Positions 17,949-26,500 of a DNA stretch of 36,988 nucleotides are shown one piece after another (the first letter of the stretch is position 1; every line of letters starts with the position of its first letter). The stretch is taken from NCBI GenBank assembly GCA_913048125.1, contig CAJWWL010000003.1, forward strand, positions 1-36,988, given 5' to 3'. This DNA comes from an uncultured Opitutia bacterium. GTDB lineage: Bacteria > Verrucomicrobiota > Verrucomicrobiia > Opitutales > JABJCN01. Position numbers and translations under genes: made by a program. The notes under the pieces are model-generated. The model was not told the origin of the DNA. It worked only from the letters and a program-made list of their open reading frames with translations, and did no database searches.

Positions 17949-20447
17949 ATGACTCGCTTGCTACCGAATCTGCTTCTCTTTTTATTTAGCGTAACCGCCA
18001 GCCTTGATGCGGCTTCTCCTATCCTTTCTCGTATCCTACCGAGAGGTGGTCAGCAGGGGAGTACGGTTGAGATGGTCTTTACCGGTCAGCGGCTAAATGA
18101 TATCCACCAAGTACTTTTCTACACCCCCGGGTTTTCGGTTGAAAAGGTAGTTGGGGACGAGAAGAACGCCAACCGAGCAACCGCAACTGTAACGATTGCT
18201 CCAGACTGTAAGCTTGGTGAGCACAAGTTGCGTATTGTCACACGAACTGGCTTGAGTACTCTCAGCACTTTCTGGGTTGGGCCCTATGAAACGGTTTTGG
18301 AGGTTGAGCCCAATAGCGACTTTTCAAGTCCTCAGGTCATTGCAATAAATCGTACTGTTGAAGGGCGAGTAGACAATGAAGACGTGGATTACTATGCCGT
18401 TGAAGCAAAGAAAGGTCAGCGATTGAGCGTAGAGGTTGAAGGTATTCGCCTAGGAGGTCAGAATAACGTTATCTTTGATCCTTACGTTGCCATTTTAAAC
18501 AGCAAACGCTTCGAGCAGGCTGCTGCCGATGATACGCCTCTGCTCTTACAGGACTGCTTTGTCTCAATTGTTGTTCCAGAGGACGGCACCTACTGGGTAG
18601 AAGTTCGCGATAGCTCCTACGCTGGGAACGCCAACAGCAGATATCGTCTCCATATTGGTAACTTTCCTCGTCCTCAGGTTGTCTTTCCTGCTGGTGGTAA
18701 AGCAGGTACTGAACTGGAGGTCAGCTTTCTTGGAGACAAGGCAGGCTTGCCGAAAAAGAAGATTCAACTGCCTGCAAAATCAGATCCGGCCTTCGCTCTT
18801 CTAGCCGAAGCAGACGGTCAACGTTCGCCTTCTGCCAACCGCTTTCGTGTTAGCGACTTCGCCGATGTCCTAGAAGTTGAGCCCAATGAAAATCGCACCA
18901 AGGTTCCCGTTCCAGACGTTACTCCGCCCATGGCCTTTAACGGAATCATACAGGACGAGGAAGATATTGATTACTTCACCTTCATGGGGAAGAAGGGCCA
19001 GCGCCTAACATTTACCGCTCATGCACGTTCTCTACGCTCTCCTCTTGATCCTGTCCTGAACGTCTACTTTGGCGAGGGCAAAGAGTTCAAGAATCTGAAG
19101 GGAAGCGATGATGTTGGCCGTAACCCTGACAGTAAATTTGATCTAACTCTGCCCGCCGACGGAAAATACTACGTCCGCATCACAGATCATCTTCGCAAAG
19201 GCGGTCCTGATTACATCTACCGCATAGAAGCCGAAGCCATGCGCCCAGAGCTCAAGACATTCCTTCCACGCTATGGCAACAACGATACCCAGTCTCGTCA
19301 GATGATTCCGGTGGCTCGAGGCAATCGTTATGCTAATGTTATTCAGGTGACCCGTCGCAACATTCGCGCTGAACTAGATTACATCGCTCATAATTTGCCT
19401 GCAGGGATTACGATGCATGCAGCACGTCTTCCAGCTAGCATCGATAGATTCCCTGTCGTATTTGAGGCTGCCCCGGATGCTCCTCTCGGCGGTTCGCTTG
19501 TGGACCTCAAGGTACGACAGGTTCTCACCGAAGAAGAGGCTAAACAGGCCAATCGAACTCCGGCAGAAGGGGGCTATGGACATAGTTTCACTCTCGTCCG
19601 TGGTCCTAACAACACAGACATGTACATGACCACGGTTGACCGTTTAGCTGTTTCTGTAACCGAAGAGGTTCCTTTCCATATAGAAATCGATAAGCCTGCC
19701 ACCCCTATCCTTCAAAGGGGTTCCATGAACCTAAAGGTTCGAGCTATCCGAAAGGAGGGTTTCGATGATCCAATAGTTTTGCGAATGCTTTGGAATCCAC
19801 CGGGCATCGGTTCCCGAGGAACGGTTACCATCCCTAAGGGCAAGAGCGAAGCGAATTATGGCTTAACCGCTAACGGTGGTGCCACTGTTGGGACATGGAA
19901 GATTGCTATTCTTGGCGAGGCCGCTGCGCCAGGCGGACAAGTCTTTGCCTCCTCTCGGTTGACTGATCTTGTCATCGAAGAGCCGTATCTAAACATGACC
20001 ATCGAGATGGCCGCCATCGAGCGCGGAAAAGAAGGAGAGGTATACTGCAAGATTGAAACACTTCGTGAATTTGAAGGTGAGGCAGATATACGACTCGTGG
20101 CCCTTCCAGCACTGACCAGTACTGTTCCTCTCAAAATCAATAAGGACACCAAAGAAATTTCCTTTCCCGTTAAGACTGAAATCAAGGCTCGTGCTGCCAC
20201 CACGAAAAACCTTTTCATTTCCGCCAGCATTCCGGTGGCCGGACACAATCTCAGCCAGACAGTTGCTAGTGGTGGGCAAATCCGCATCGATAACCCACCA
20301 CCACCTCCGAAAAATCCCACAACAAAGCCTAAAGCATCACCAAAGCCAGCCAAAGTTGTAGCAAAAGCACCGGCTGAAAAACCGAAAAAGCCCCTCAGTC
20401 GCTTAGAAAAGCTTCGTCTAATTGCCAAGGAACGTGCCGGGAATTGA
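17949..20447 (+). CDS. Secreted multi-PPC/Ig-like domain protein of DUF1501 module B, with Pro/Lys-rich C-terminal tail
   Basis: Signal peptide; PRGGQQGSTVE, two EVEPN repeats, DVDYY/DIDYF, YRL/YRI. Paralog of 6507..7970. Confidence 0.8.
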   Translation: MTRLLPNLLLFLFSVTASLDAASPILSRILPRGGQQGSTVEMVFTGQRLNDIHQVLFYTPGFSVEKVVGDEKNANRATATVTIAPDCKLGEHKLRIVTRTGLSTLSTFWVGPYETVLEVEPNSDFSSPQVIAINRTVEGRVDNEDVDYYAVEAKKGQRLSVEVEGIRLGGQNNVIFDPYVAILNSKRFEQAAADDTPLLLQDCFVSIVVPEDGTYWVEVRDSSYAGNANSRYRLHIGNFPRPQVVFPAGGKAGTELEVSFLGDKAGLPKKKIQLPAKSDPAFALLAEADGQRSPSANRFRVSDFADVLEVEPNENRTKVPVPDVTPPMAFNGIIQDEEDIDYFTFMGKKGQRLTFTAHARSLRSPLDPVLNVYFGEGKEFKNLKGSDDVGRNPDSKFDLTLPADGKYYVRITDHLRKGGPDYIYRIEAEAMRPELKTFLPRYGNNDTQSRQMIPVARGNRYANVIQVTRRNIRAELDYIAHNLPAGITMHAARLPASIDRFPVVFEAAPDAPLGGSLVDLKVRQVLTEEEAKQANRTPAEGGYGHSFTLVRGPNNTDMYMTTVDRLAVSVTEEVPFHIEIDKPATPILQRGSMNLKVRAIRKEGFDDPIVLRMLWNPPGIGSRGTVTIPKGKSEANYGLTANGGATVGTWKIAILGEAAAPGGQVFASSRLTDLVIEEPYLNMTIEMAAIERGKEGEVYCKIETLREFEGEADIRLVALPALTSTVPLKINKDTKEISFPVKTEIKARAATTKNLFISASIPVAGHNLSQTVASGGQIRIDNPPPPPKNPTTKPKASPKPAKVVAKAPAEKPKKPLSRLEKLRLIAKERAGN

Positions 20448-20466
20448 ACGCAAGACACCAAATTTG

Positions 20467-23400
20467 ATGAGACAAATTACAAAATTCCTTTCCTTCATTT
20501 TCATTCTTGGGTGGTCCCACTGGTGCTTTTCTGAGGATGCTCCAAAACCTTCTCAGATTAACCAGTCTGAGCAGAAAGATTCCCCTGAACCAGCTAAGCC
20601 TATCGAGGCAGTGAGACCGACTGAGTCTGCTACAGCACTACAGACTAAACCCAGTCCCACTGAGCCGAAACCAACCGATACAAAGCCTGCTGAGGTCGAG
20701 AAGCCTGAAACTCCTGCTATCGCCAAACCTGTTGCTGCTGCTCCTGTTGCTCCAGACTTTCATTCTGATATTCGTCCAATTCTTGAAGTGGCATGTGTCC
20801 AATGCCACGGTGCCGAGAAACAAAAGGGAGACTTACGGCTCGACCAACTTGTTCACGCGACCAAGGGCGGAGACGGTGGTCCTGCAATCGTTGCCAAGGA
20901 TATCGTAAATAGCCTTCTCATCGAGCGTATCGAATTGCCAGCTGACGATGACGAAATTATGCCACCTAAGGGTGATCCACTCAGTCCTGAACAGGTCAAG
21001 CTTCTAAAAGACTGGATTATTGCTGGTGCGCCTTGGCCTACTGAAGTGGCGCTTCGACAAAAGACCCTCGAAGATCTTGCCCGTGAACGACGTTTCGCAG
21101 CAAAGCAGATCGTTGACGTAAAGGTGTACCCACCTGAAGTCAGCTTGGAGACATCTTCTGACCATCATACCCTCGTGGTCATGGCAACATACGCAGACGA
21201 GAGTACTCGTGATGTAACTCACGACTCCAAATTTGTAATATCGGATTCATCTATCGCCAAACTTGAAGGTCAAACTCTTCTTCCTGCAAAGGATGGTAAT
21301 ACAAGTCTCCGCATTAGTTTTGCTGATCACAATGTCGATGTACCCGTCAACGTGAAGGAGTCGTCTACGCCTCGTCCAAATAGTTTTCGCCTGGATGTGA
21401 TGCCAGTTCTCATGCGCGCTCAATGTAACAATGGTTCATGCCACGGTTCGGCTCGCGGACAGGACGGTTTCATGCTTTCTCTCTTTGGTTATGATCCAGA
21501 AGGGGATCATCATCGGATCACCAGAGAGGAGTCTACTCGCCGCATTAACCTTGCTCTGCCACACGAGAGTATGCTCCTTGAAAAGGCTATTGAGGCGGTC
21601 CCCCACACAGGTGGTAAGCTTTTCGAGAAGGACAGCCAGTATTACAACGCGATTCTTGCTTGGCTTAAAGGCGGTGCTAAGAACGACCCCGCAGATATCG
21701 CCCAACCCACCAGTATTGAAATCCTTCCCTCTAAACTCCTCCTCGAAGGTGCTGGAGCGACTCAACAGATGACCGTTACTGCCCACTATTCTGACGGGAC
21801 TGACCGGGATGTAACTTCATTGGTTATCTTTCAAAGTAACAACGATAACAGCGCGACTATCAGCGAGGATGGTCTTGTCACTGCTCACAAGCCAGGTGAA
21901 GCCTTCATAATGGCTCGCTTTGCCACCTTTACAGTCGGTAGTCAGGCAATAGTTATCCCAGCAGGACTAAAGTACAAACGTCCAGAAGTCGCAGAAACCA
22001 ACTACGTGGACAAGCTTGTTAACGAGAAGCTCCATAAATTACGCATCATACCCTCTGGTAAGTGTACAGACGAATCCTTCATTCGTCGTGCCTCACTAGA
22101 TATCATCGGAAAGCTCCCTACACTTGAAGAGCAGGAATCTTTCCGAACCAGCGCTGATCCTAAGAAGCGTCAAAAGCTAATCGACAATCTTTTGGACCGC
22201 AAAGAGTTCACTGAGATGTGGGTTATGAAGTTCGCCGAACTTCTGCAAATCCGCACCCAGCAGAACAATCAGGTCAGTTACAAGGCCACACTTCTTTACC
22301 ACAACTGGCTCAAGGAACGTATTGCTGCCAACGTACCTATAAATAAAATCGTTCAGGAAATTCTCTCCTCGACTGGAGGCACGTTTAAGACCCCTGCCAC
22401 CAACTACTATCAGATCGAGCGTGATACCCTCAAGGTCGCCGAGAATGCTGCACAGGTTTTCATGGGCATGCGTATTCAATGCGCACAGTGCCACAATCAC
22501 CCTTTTGATCGCTGGACAATGGATGATTATTACTCCTTTGCTGCTTTCTTTTCCCAGATTGGTCGCAAGAACGCAGAAGATCCAAGGGAGGTCATCGTTT
22601 ACAATCGTCGATCTGGAGACATGAAGCACATGGTCGATGGTCGTGTTATGGAGCCAAAGTTTCTTGGTGGCGCTGTTCCTGAAATACCCCGAAGTGCCGA
22701 CCGTCGTGCTATTCTCGCTGAGTGGCTTGCTTCAGAGCAGAACCCTTACTTTGCTTCCAACTTGGCAAATATCGTCTGGCAACACTTCTTTGGAGTCGGG
22801 ATCATTGAGCCTGTTGACGATGTTCGTATCAGCAATCCAGCCTCGAACCCTGAACTGCTCGAAACCCTTGCCGGAAAGTTCACCGAGTACAATTATGACT
22901 TCAAACGACTTGTCCGCGATATCTGTAACTCCCAGACCTACCAGCGTACCACTCGCACCAATGAGAGTAACGAATCCGATACTCGCAACTTCTCGCATGG
23001 TAATCTCCGCAGACTTCGTGCAGAAGTCCTGCTTGATGTTATAACGCAGGTCACTCAGACGAAAAATAAGTTCCGAGGTCTACCACTTGGAGCTCGCGCA
23101 GTGCAGATCGCAGATGGCAACGTCAGCAATTACTTCCTCACGACTTTTGGCCGTGCCACTCGTGAAACAGTTTGTTCTTGCGAAGTCAAAATGGAACCCA
23201 GTCTATCTCAGGCGCTCCATTTACTTAATGGCGATGTTACTCATAATCGAATTCGTAGTGGTGGACTCGTAAATCAGCTCGTCAACCAAGAGAAGAAGCC
23301 TCCCTCTGAAACGCTAGAATTCCTTTACCGTCGCACCCTTTGTCGTCCCCCGACCAAAGAAGAGGCTGCGCCCATATTAGCTGTTGTTGAGAAGGAGGAA

Positions 23401-23472
23401 GACAAACGCGCTATTTTTGAGGATGTCTTCTGGGCACTACTGAACTCTAAGGAGTTTATTTTCAACCACTAG
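20467..23472 (+). CDS. Planctomycete cytochrome c + two Ig-like domains + DUF1549/DUF1553 protein
   Basis: Start moved to ATG 20467, which is followed by a signal peptide. Pro/Thr/Glu/Lys linker; CVQCHG...MPPKG; two ATY/AHYSDG..RDVT Ig domains; CNNGSCHG; CAQCHNHP; WALLNSKEFIFNH. Confidence 0.88.
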   Translation: MRQITKFLSFIFILGWSHWCFSEDAPKPSQINQSEQKDSPEPAKPIEAVRPTESATALQTKPSPTEPKPTDTKPAEVEKPETPAIAKPVAAAPVAPDFHSDIRPILEVACVQCHGAEKQKGDLRLDQLVHATKGGDGGPAIVAKDIVNSLLIERIELPADDDEIMPPKGDPLSPEQVKLLKDWIIAGAPWPTEVALRQKTLEDLARERRFAAKQIVDVKVYPPEVSLETSSDHHTLVVMATYADESTRDVTHDSKFVISDSSIAKLEGQTLLPAKDGNTSLRISFADHNVDVPVNVKESSTPRPNSFRLDVMPVLMRAQCNNGSCHGSARGQDGFMLSLFGYDPEGDHHRITREESTRRINLALPHESMLLEKAIEAVPHTGGKLFEKDSQYYNAILAWLKGGAKNDPADIAQPTSIEILPSKLLLEGAGATQQMTVTAHYSDGTDRDVTSLVIFQSNNDNSATISEDGLVTAHKPGEAFIMARFATFTVGSQAIVIPAGLKYKRPEVAETNYVDKLVNEKLHKLRIIPSGKCTDESFIRRASLDIIGKLPTLEEQESFRTSADPKKRQKLIDNLLDRKEFTEMWVMKFAELLQIRTQQNNQVSYKATLLYHNWLKERIAANVPINKIVQEILSSTGGTFKTPATNYYQIERDTLKVAENAAQVFMGMRIQCAQCHNHPFDRWTMDDYYSFAAFFSQIGRKNAEDPREVIVYNRRSGDMKHMVDGRVMEPKFLGGAVPEIPRSADRRAILAEWLASEQNPYFASNLANIVWQHFFGVGIIEPVDDVRISNPASNPELLETLAGKFTEYNYDFKRLVRDICNSQTYQRTTRTNESNESDTRNFSHGNLRRLRAEVLLDVITQVTQTKNKFRGLPLGARAVQIADGNVSNYFLTTFGRATRETVCSCEVKMEPSLSQALHLLNGDVTHNRIRSGGLVNQLVNQEKKPPSETLEFLYRRTLCRPPTKEEAAPILAVVEKEEDKRAIFEDVFWALLNSKEFIFNH

Positions 23473-23474
23473 AT

Positions 23475-26411
23475 ATGCCTGATTTTTCGATGAGACTCGC
23501 TATGAAACTACATTCAACCGCTATTTTTCTTGCAGCTCTGCTAGCACAAAGCCCTCTCGCTATAGCTGAGTCTGCCACGAAAATCACATGGGACGATCAT
23601 ATCTTCGCACTCATGGAGGGTGCCTGCATTTCCTGCCATAACCCCGATAAGACCAAGGGCGGTCTCGACCTTAGTTCTTACAATAATCTCCTCAAGGGAG
23701 GCAGTAGCGGCGAGAGCGTGACTGCTGGCGATCCAGAATCCAGTCTCCTCTACAAGGTGACTGCCCATCTCGAAGAGCCATTTATGCCACAGAACAAGGA
23801 TAGGCTTCCTGACGCGCAAATTGCTCTGCTTAAGAGCTGGATTTCTGGCGGTCTCCTTGAAACTGCAAGTAGTAAGGCTAAGAAGGCAAAAAGCTCTGGT
23901 TTCAATCTTGCGCTAAAGGTGACTAACTCTGGGAAGCCAGAGGGGCCACCGCCCATGCCTGAGCATCTTCCGCTGCAACCTCATGTTTTGAGTGAACGCC
24001 CCGCTGCCGTATCAGCACTAGCTACCAGCCCTTGGGCACCACTGGCCGCTGTTGCTGGTCAAAAGCAGGCATTACTTTACAACACTGATACTTTTGAACC
24101 TGTAGCCATTCTACCTTACGAAGAGGGGTTCATTGAATCCCTAAAGTTCAGTCCAAATGGTGCCTTGCTTGTAGCGGGTGGAGGACGTGGAGGCAAGGTG
24201 GGCCGCGTAATAGCTTGGGATGTAAAGACTGGTCAGCAAGTCCTCAAAGTTGGGCAAGAGTACGACACTGTTCTATCTGCTGACATAACGGCTGACCAAG
24301 CTACTGTTGCCATTGGTAGTCCAAGCAAGCGTATCAAACTTCATGATACAGCCGACGGAGAACTTCTTCACAACATCAAGAAACACTCCGAGTGGGTTAC
24401 TTCCGTATCCTTCTCTCCTGATGGAGTTTTACTGGCAACTGGCGACCGTAATGGAGGTGTTCACGTTTGGGAAGCCTTCTCAGGGAACCTCTTTTACACC
24501 CTCGAAGGAAATAAAGGCGCGATCACTAGCATCACTTGGCGATCCGACTCAAATATTGTGGCTACTGCTTCTGCAGATGGTTCAGTGCGTCTCTTTGCCA
24601 TGACTAACGGTCGCCAAGTCCGGAACTGGACGGCTCATGGAGGAGGGGTACTTTCTTTGCACTTTGCACGTAACGGTCAGCTTGTTTCCTCCGGTCGTGA
24701 CAAACAAGTTAAAGTTTGGGCACAGGACGGCAAACAGATCAAAGCCTTAGGTGGCTTTACTGACCTTCCTCTGGAAGTTGCCTTCACGCAGGATGCCAAG
24801 CGTGTCATTGTAGGCGATTGGCTAGGATCTGTGACCGTCTGGGATATTGAAACGGCCAAACAGGTCGCTACCTTATCCGCTAATCCCCCATCTCTAAACA
24901 ATCGTCTCGCTGCCGCCCAGCAACAGGTTGTCGCTGCTGATGCCGCGGAGAAGAAGGCAAAGTCAGTCCTCGATGCCGCCAAGGCTGTTACTGCACAGCT
25001 TGCGAAGCAGTTGACAGATGCCAGATCAGCGCTTGCTGCACGTACCACTGAAAAGCAACAAGCTGACACTGCACTGGCTGCTTCTAAGCAACAGCAGTCC
25101 GCTGCTACCTCTGCACGAACTGCGGCGAGCAACAATTTGAAGACGCAGCAGGACAAACTTAGCCAAATAAATGCCGTGCTCAAAACAGAGTCTGATAAGC
25201 TGACTGCAAACAAAGCCAATCTTTCAACGTGGAAGGCGCAAGTTACTGCGCGTACTAGTCAGTCTGAGTCCCTCAAAACTGCGGCAGATAATGCAAATGC
25301 CGAGTCTGCCAAAATTCCAGAGGATGCTGCTCTCAAGGATGCTGCCTCTAAGGCGGTTGCTGCATGGCAGGCCATGGATAAAGCCCTTTCTGAAGCGCGT
25401 TCCAAAGAGAATACTGCAGCAACCAATGTTCAGAACTCTGAATTTCAAGTCACTACCGCGCGAAAGCAGTCTGAAACACAGGCAAGTGCCGTCAAGGCTG
25501 GGCAAAACGACCTTGCTACAAAAGACCAAGCCTTAAAGGTAGCTACCGCAAAGGTGACTGCAGATGCCAAGGCTAGTGCTGAAAAGGTGGCGCAACTGAA
25601 GGTCGCACAAGACGCTGTTTCTAAATCCGAGGCTGCTCATAAGGCGCAGGTCGAAAAGGAAAAGGCTCCAGCACAGGCTCACTCGACTTCCGTTGCAAAA
25701 TTAGCCGCTGCCCAAAAGAAGGTTGCTAAGTGGAAGGCTGAGCAACTCAACGTAAACCGACACCTTGAAATTGCTTCATTGAATAACCTAGATTCCGAAC
25801 TTGTTGTTCTGAAAAGTGCTTCTGCAGACACTAAAGCCACCTTTGAGAAGGCTGAAGCAGACCTCTTAGCTGTACAGAATCAACTCACTGAAGCGCCTAC
25901 ACGCATCAAAGAAGCTGAAGTCTCTCTTTCTGGTCGTAAGTCTACGGTAACTGCTGAAGCTCAGAAGTTAGGTACACTCAATGAGGATGTGTCTAGACGG
26001 GAAGCATTTCTCAAAAAAGCCGATGCTTTTGGCTCTGAAATCGACTCCATTCAGTCGAAGGAACCCCAGAACGCAGAGTTGGCGGATGCCTCCAAAAATT
26101 TCAAAGAACAGGTTCGCAGCAAGTTTCAATCAGATCTTGATAATGCAAAGGGCAGAGTTGCTGCACAGCAGCAAGTGCTTGCCCAAGCTAACGAAGCCGT
26201 AGTTGCAGCAGAGAGACATCTAGTGGAAATGAAAACCCTTCCTGAAAAGTTGCCAGCAATCATAGCTGAGCGTACCAAAATTCGAGACTTAGCAAAGTCT
26301 GCCTATGAAAGTGCTCAGGCTTCTGAAATCCAATTTACTCAGAAGGTTGATGCGCAACGTAAGAAGGTTGACGGCTTAACCGGTCAGTATTTAGCCCTTC
26401 TGCCCAAGTAA
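23475..26411 (+). CDS. Planctomycete cytochrome c + WD40 propeller + long Ala/Lys/Gln-rich coiled-coil protein
   Basis: Signal peptide (start may be 23490 or 23502); CISCH...MPQ; WD40 repeats (HSEWVTSVSFSPDG, AHGGGVLSL); about 500-aa helical C-terminal region. Confidence 0.85.
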   Translation: MPDFSMRLAMKLHSTAIFLAALLAQSPLAIAESATKITWDDHIFALMEGACISCHNPDKTKGGLDLSSYNNLLKGGSSGESVTAGDPESSLLYKVTAHLEEPFMPQNKDRLPDAQIALLKSWISGGLLETASSKAKKAKSSGFNLALKVTNSGKPEGPPPMPEHLPLQPHVLSERPAAVSALATSPWAPLAAVAGQKQALLYNTDTFEPVAILPYEEGFIESLKFSPNGALLVAGGGRGGKVGRVIAWDVKTGQQVLKVGQEYDTVLSADITADQATVAIGSPSKRIKLHDTADGELLHNIKKHSEWVTSVSFSPDGVLLATGDRNGGVHVWEAFSGNLFYTLEGNKGAITSITWRSDSNIVATASADGSVRLFAMTNGRQVRNWTAHGGGVLSLHFARNGQLVSSGRDKQVKVWAQDGKQIKALGGFTDLPLEVAFTQDAKRVIVGDWLGSVTVWDIETAKQVATLSANPPSLNNRLAAAQQQVVAADAAEKKAKSVLDAAKAVTAQLAKQLTDARSALAARTTEKQQADTALAASKQQQSAATSARTAASNNLKTQQDKLSQINAVLKTESDKLTANKANLSTWKAQVTARTSQSESLKTAADNANAESAKIPEDAALKDAASKAVAAWQAMDKALSEARSKENTAATNVQNSEFQVTTARKQSETQASAVKAGQNDLATKDQALKVATAKVTADAKASAEKVAQLKVAQDAVSKSEAAHKAQVEKEKAPAQAHSTSVAKLAAAQKKVAKWKAEQLNVNRHLEIASLNNLDSELVVLKSASADTKATFEKAEADLLAVQNQLTEAPTRIKEAEVSLSGRKSTVTAEAQKLGTLNEDVSRREAFLKKADAFGSEIDSIQSKEPQNAELADASKNFKEQVRSKFQSDLDNAKGRVAAQQQVLAQANEAVVAAERHLVEMKTLPEKLPAIIAERTKIRDLAKSAYESAQASEIQFTQKVDAQRKKVDGLTGQYLALLPK

Positions 26412-26463
26412 CCCAAGTAGGATACTTATTATCGTAGATTGATTGATCCCAACAGTCATGGGA

Positions 26464-26491
26464 TTGACATCACCCAAGTGCGGGACACCAT
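26464..26491 (+). promoter_or_regulatory. Candidate sigma70-type promoter of the mod/sulfur-relay operon
   Basis: Perfect TTGACA at 26464-26469 and weak -10 (CACCAT, 26486-26491) with a 16-nt spacer, 9 nt before ATG 26501. Confidence 0.35.
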
Positions 26492-26500
26492 TTTTCCGCT

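Noticed and set aside
20422-20466. Upstream starts at 20422, 28027 and 30990
   Set aside because: Downstream ATGs give a proper signal peptide, an ATGA overlap or a canonical start.
26412-26500. Moco/Wco riboswitch upstream of modA
   Set aside because: The gap is only 89 nt and no multi-stem riboswitch-like structure is recognisable.
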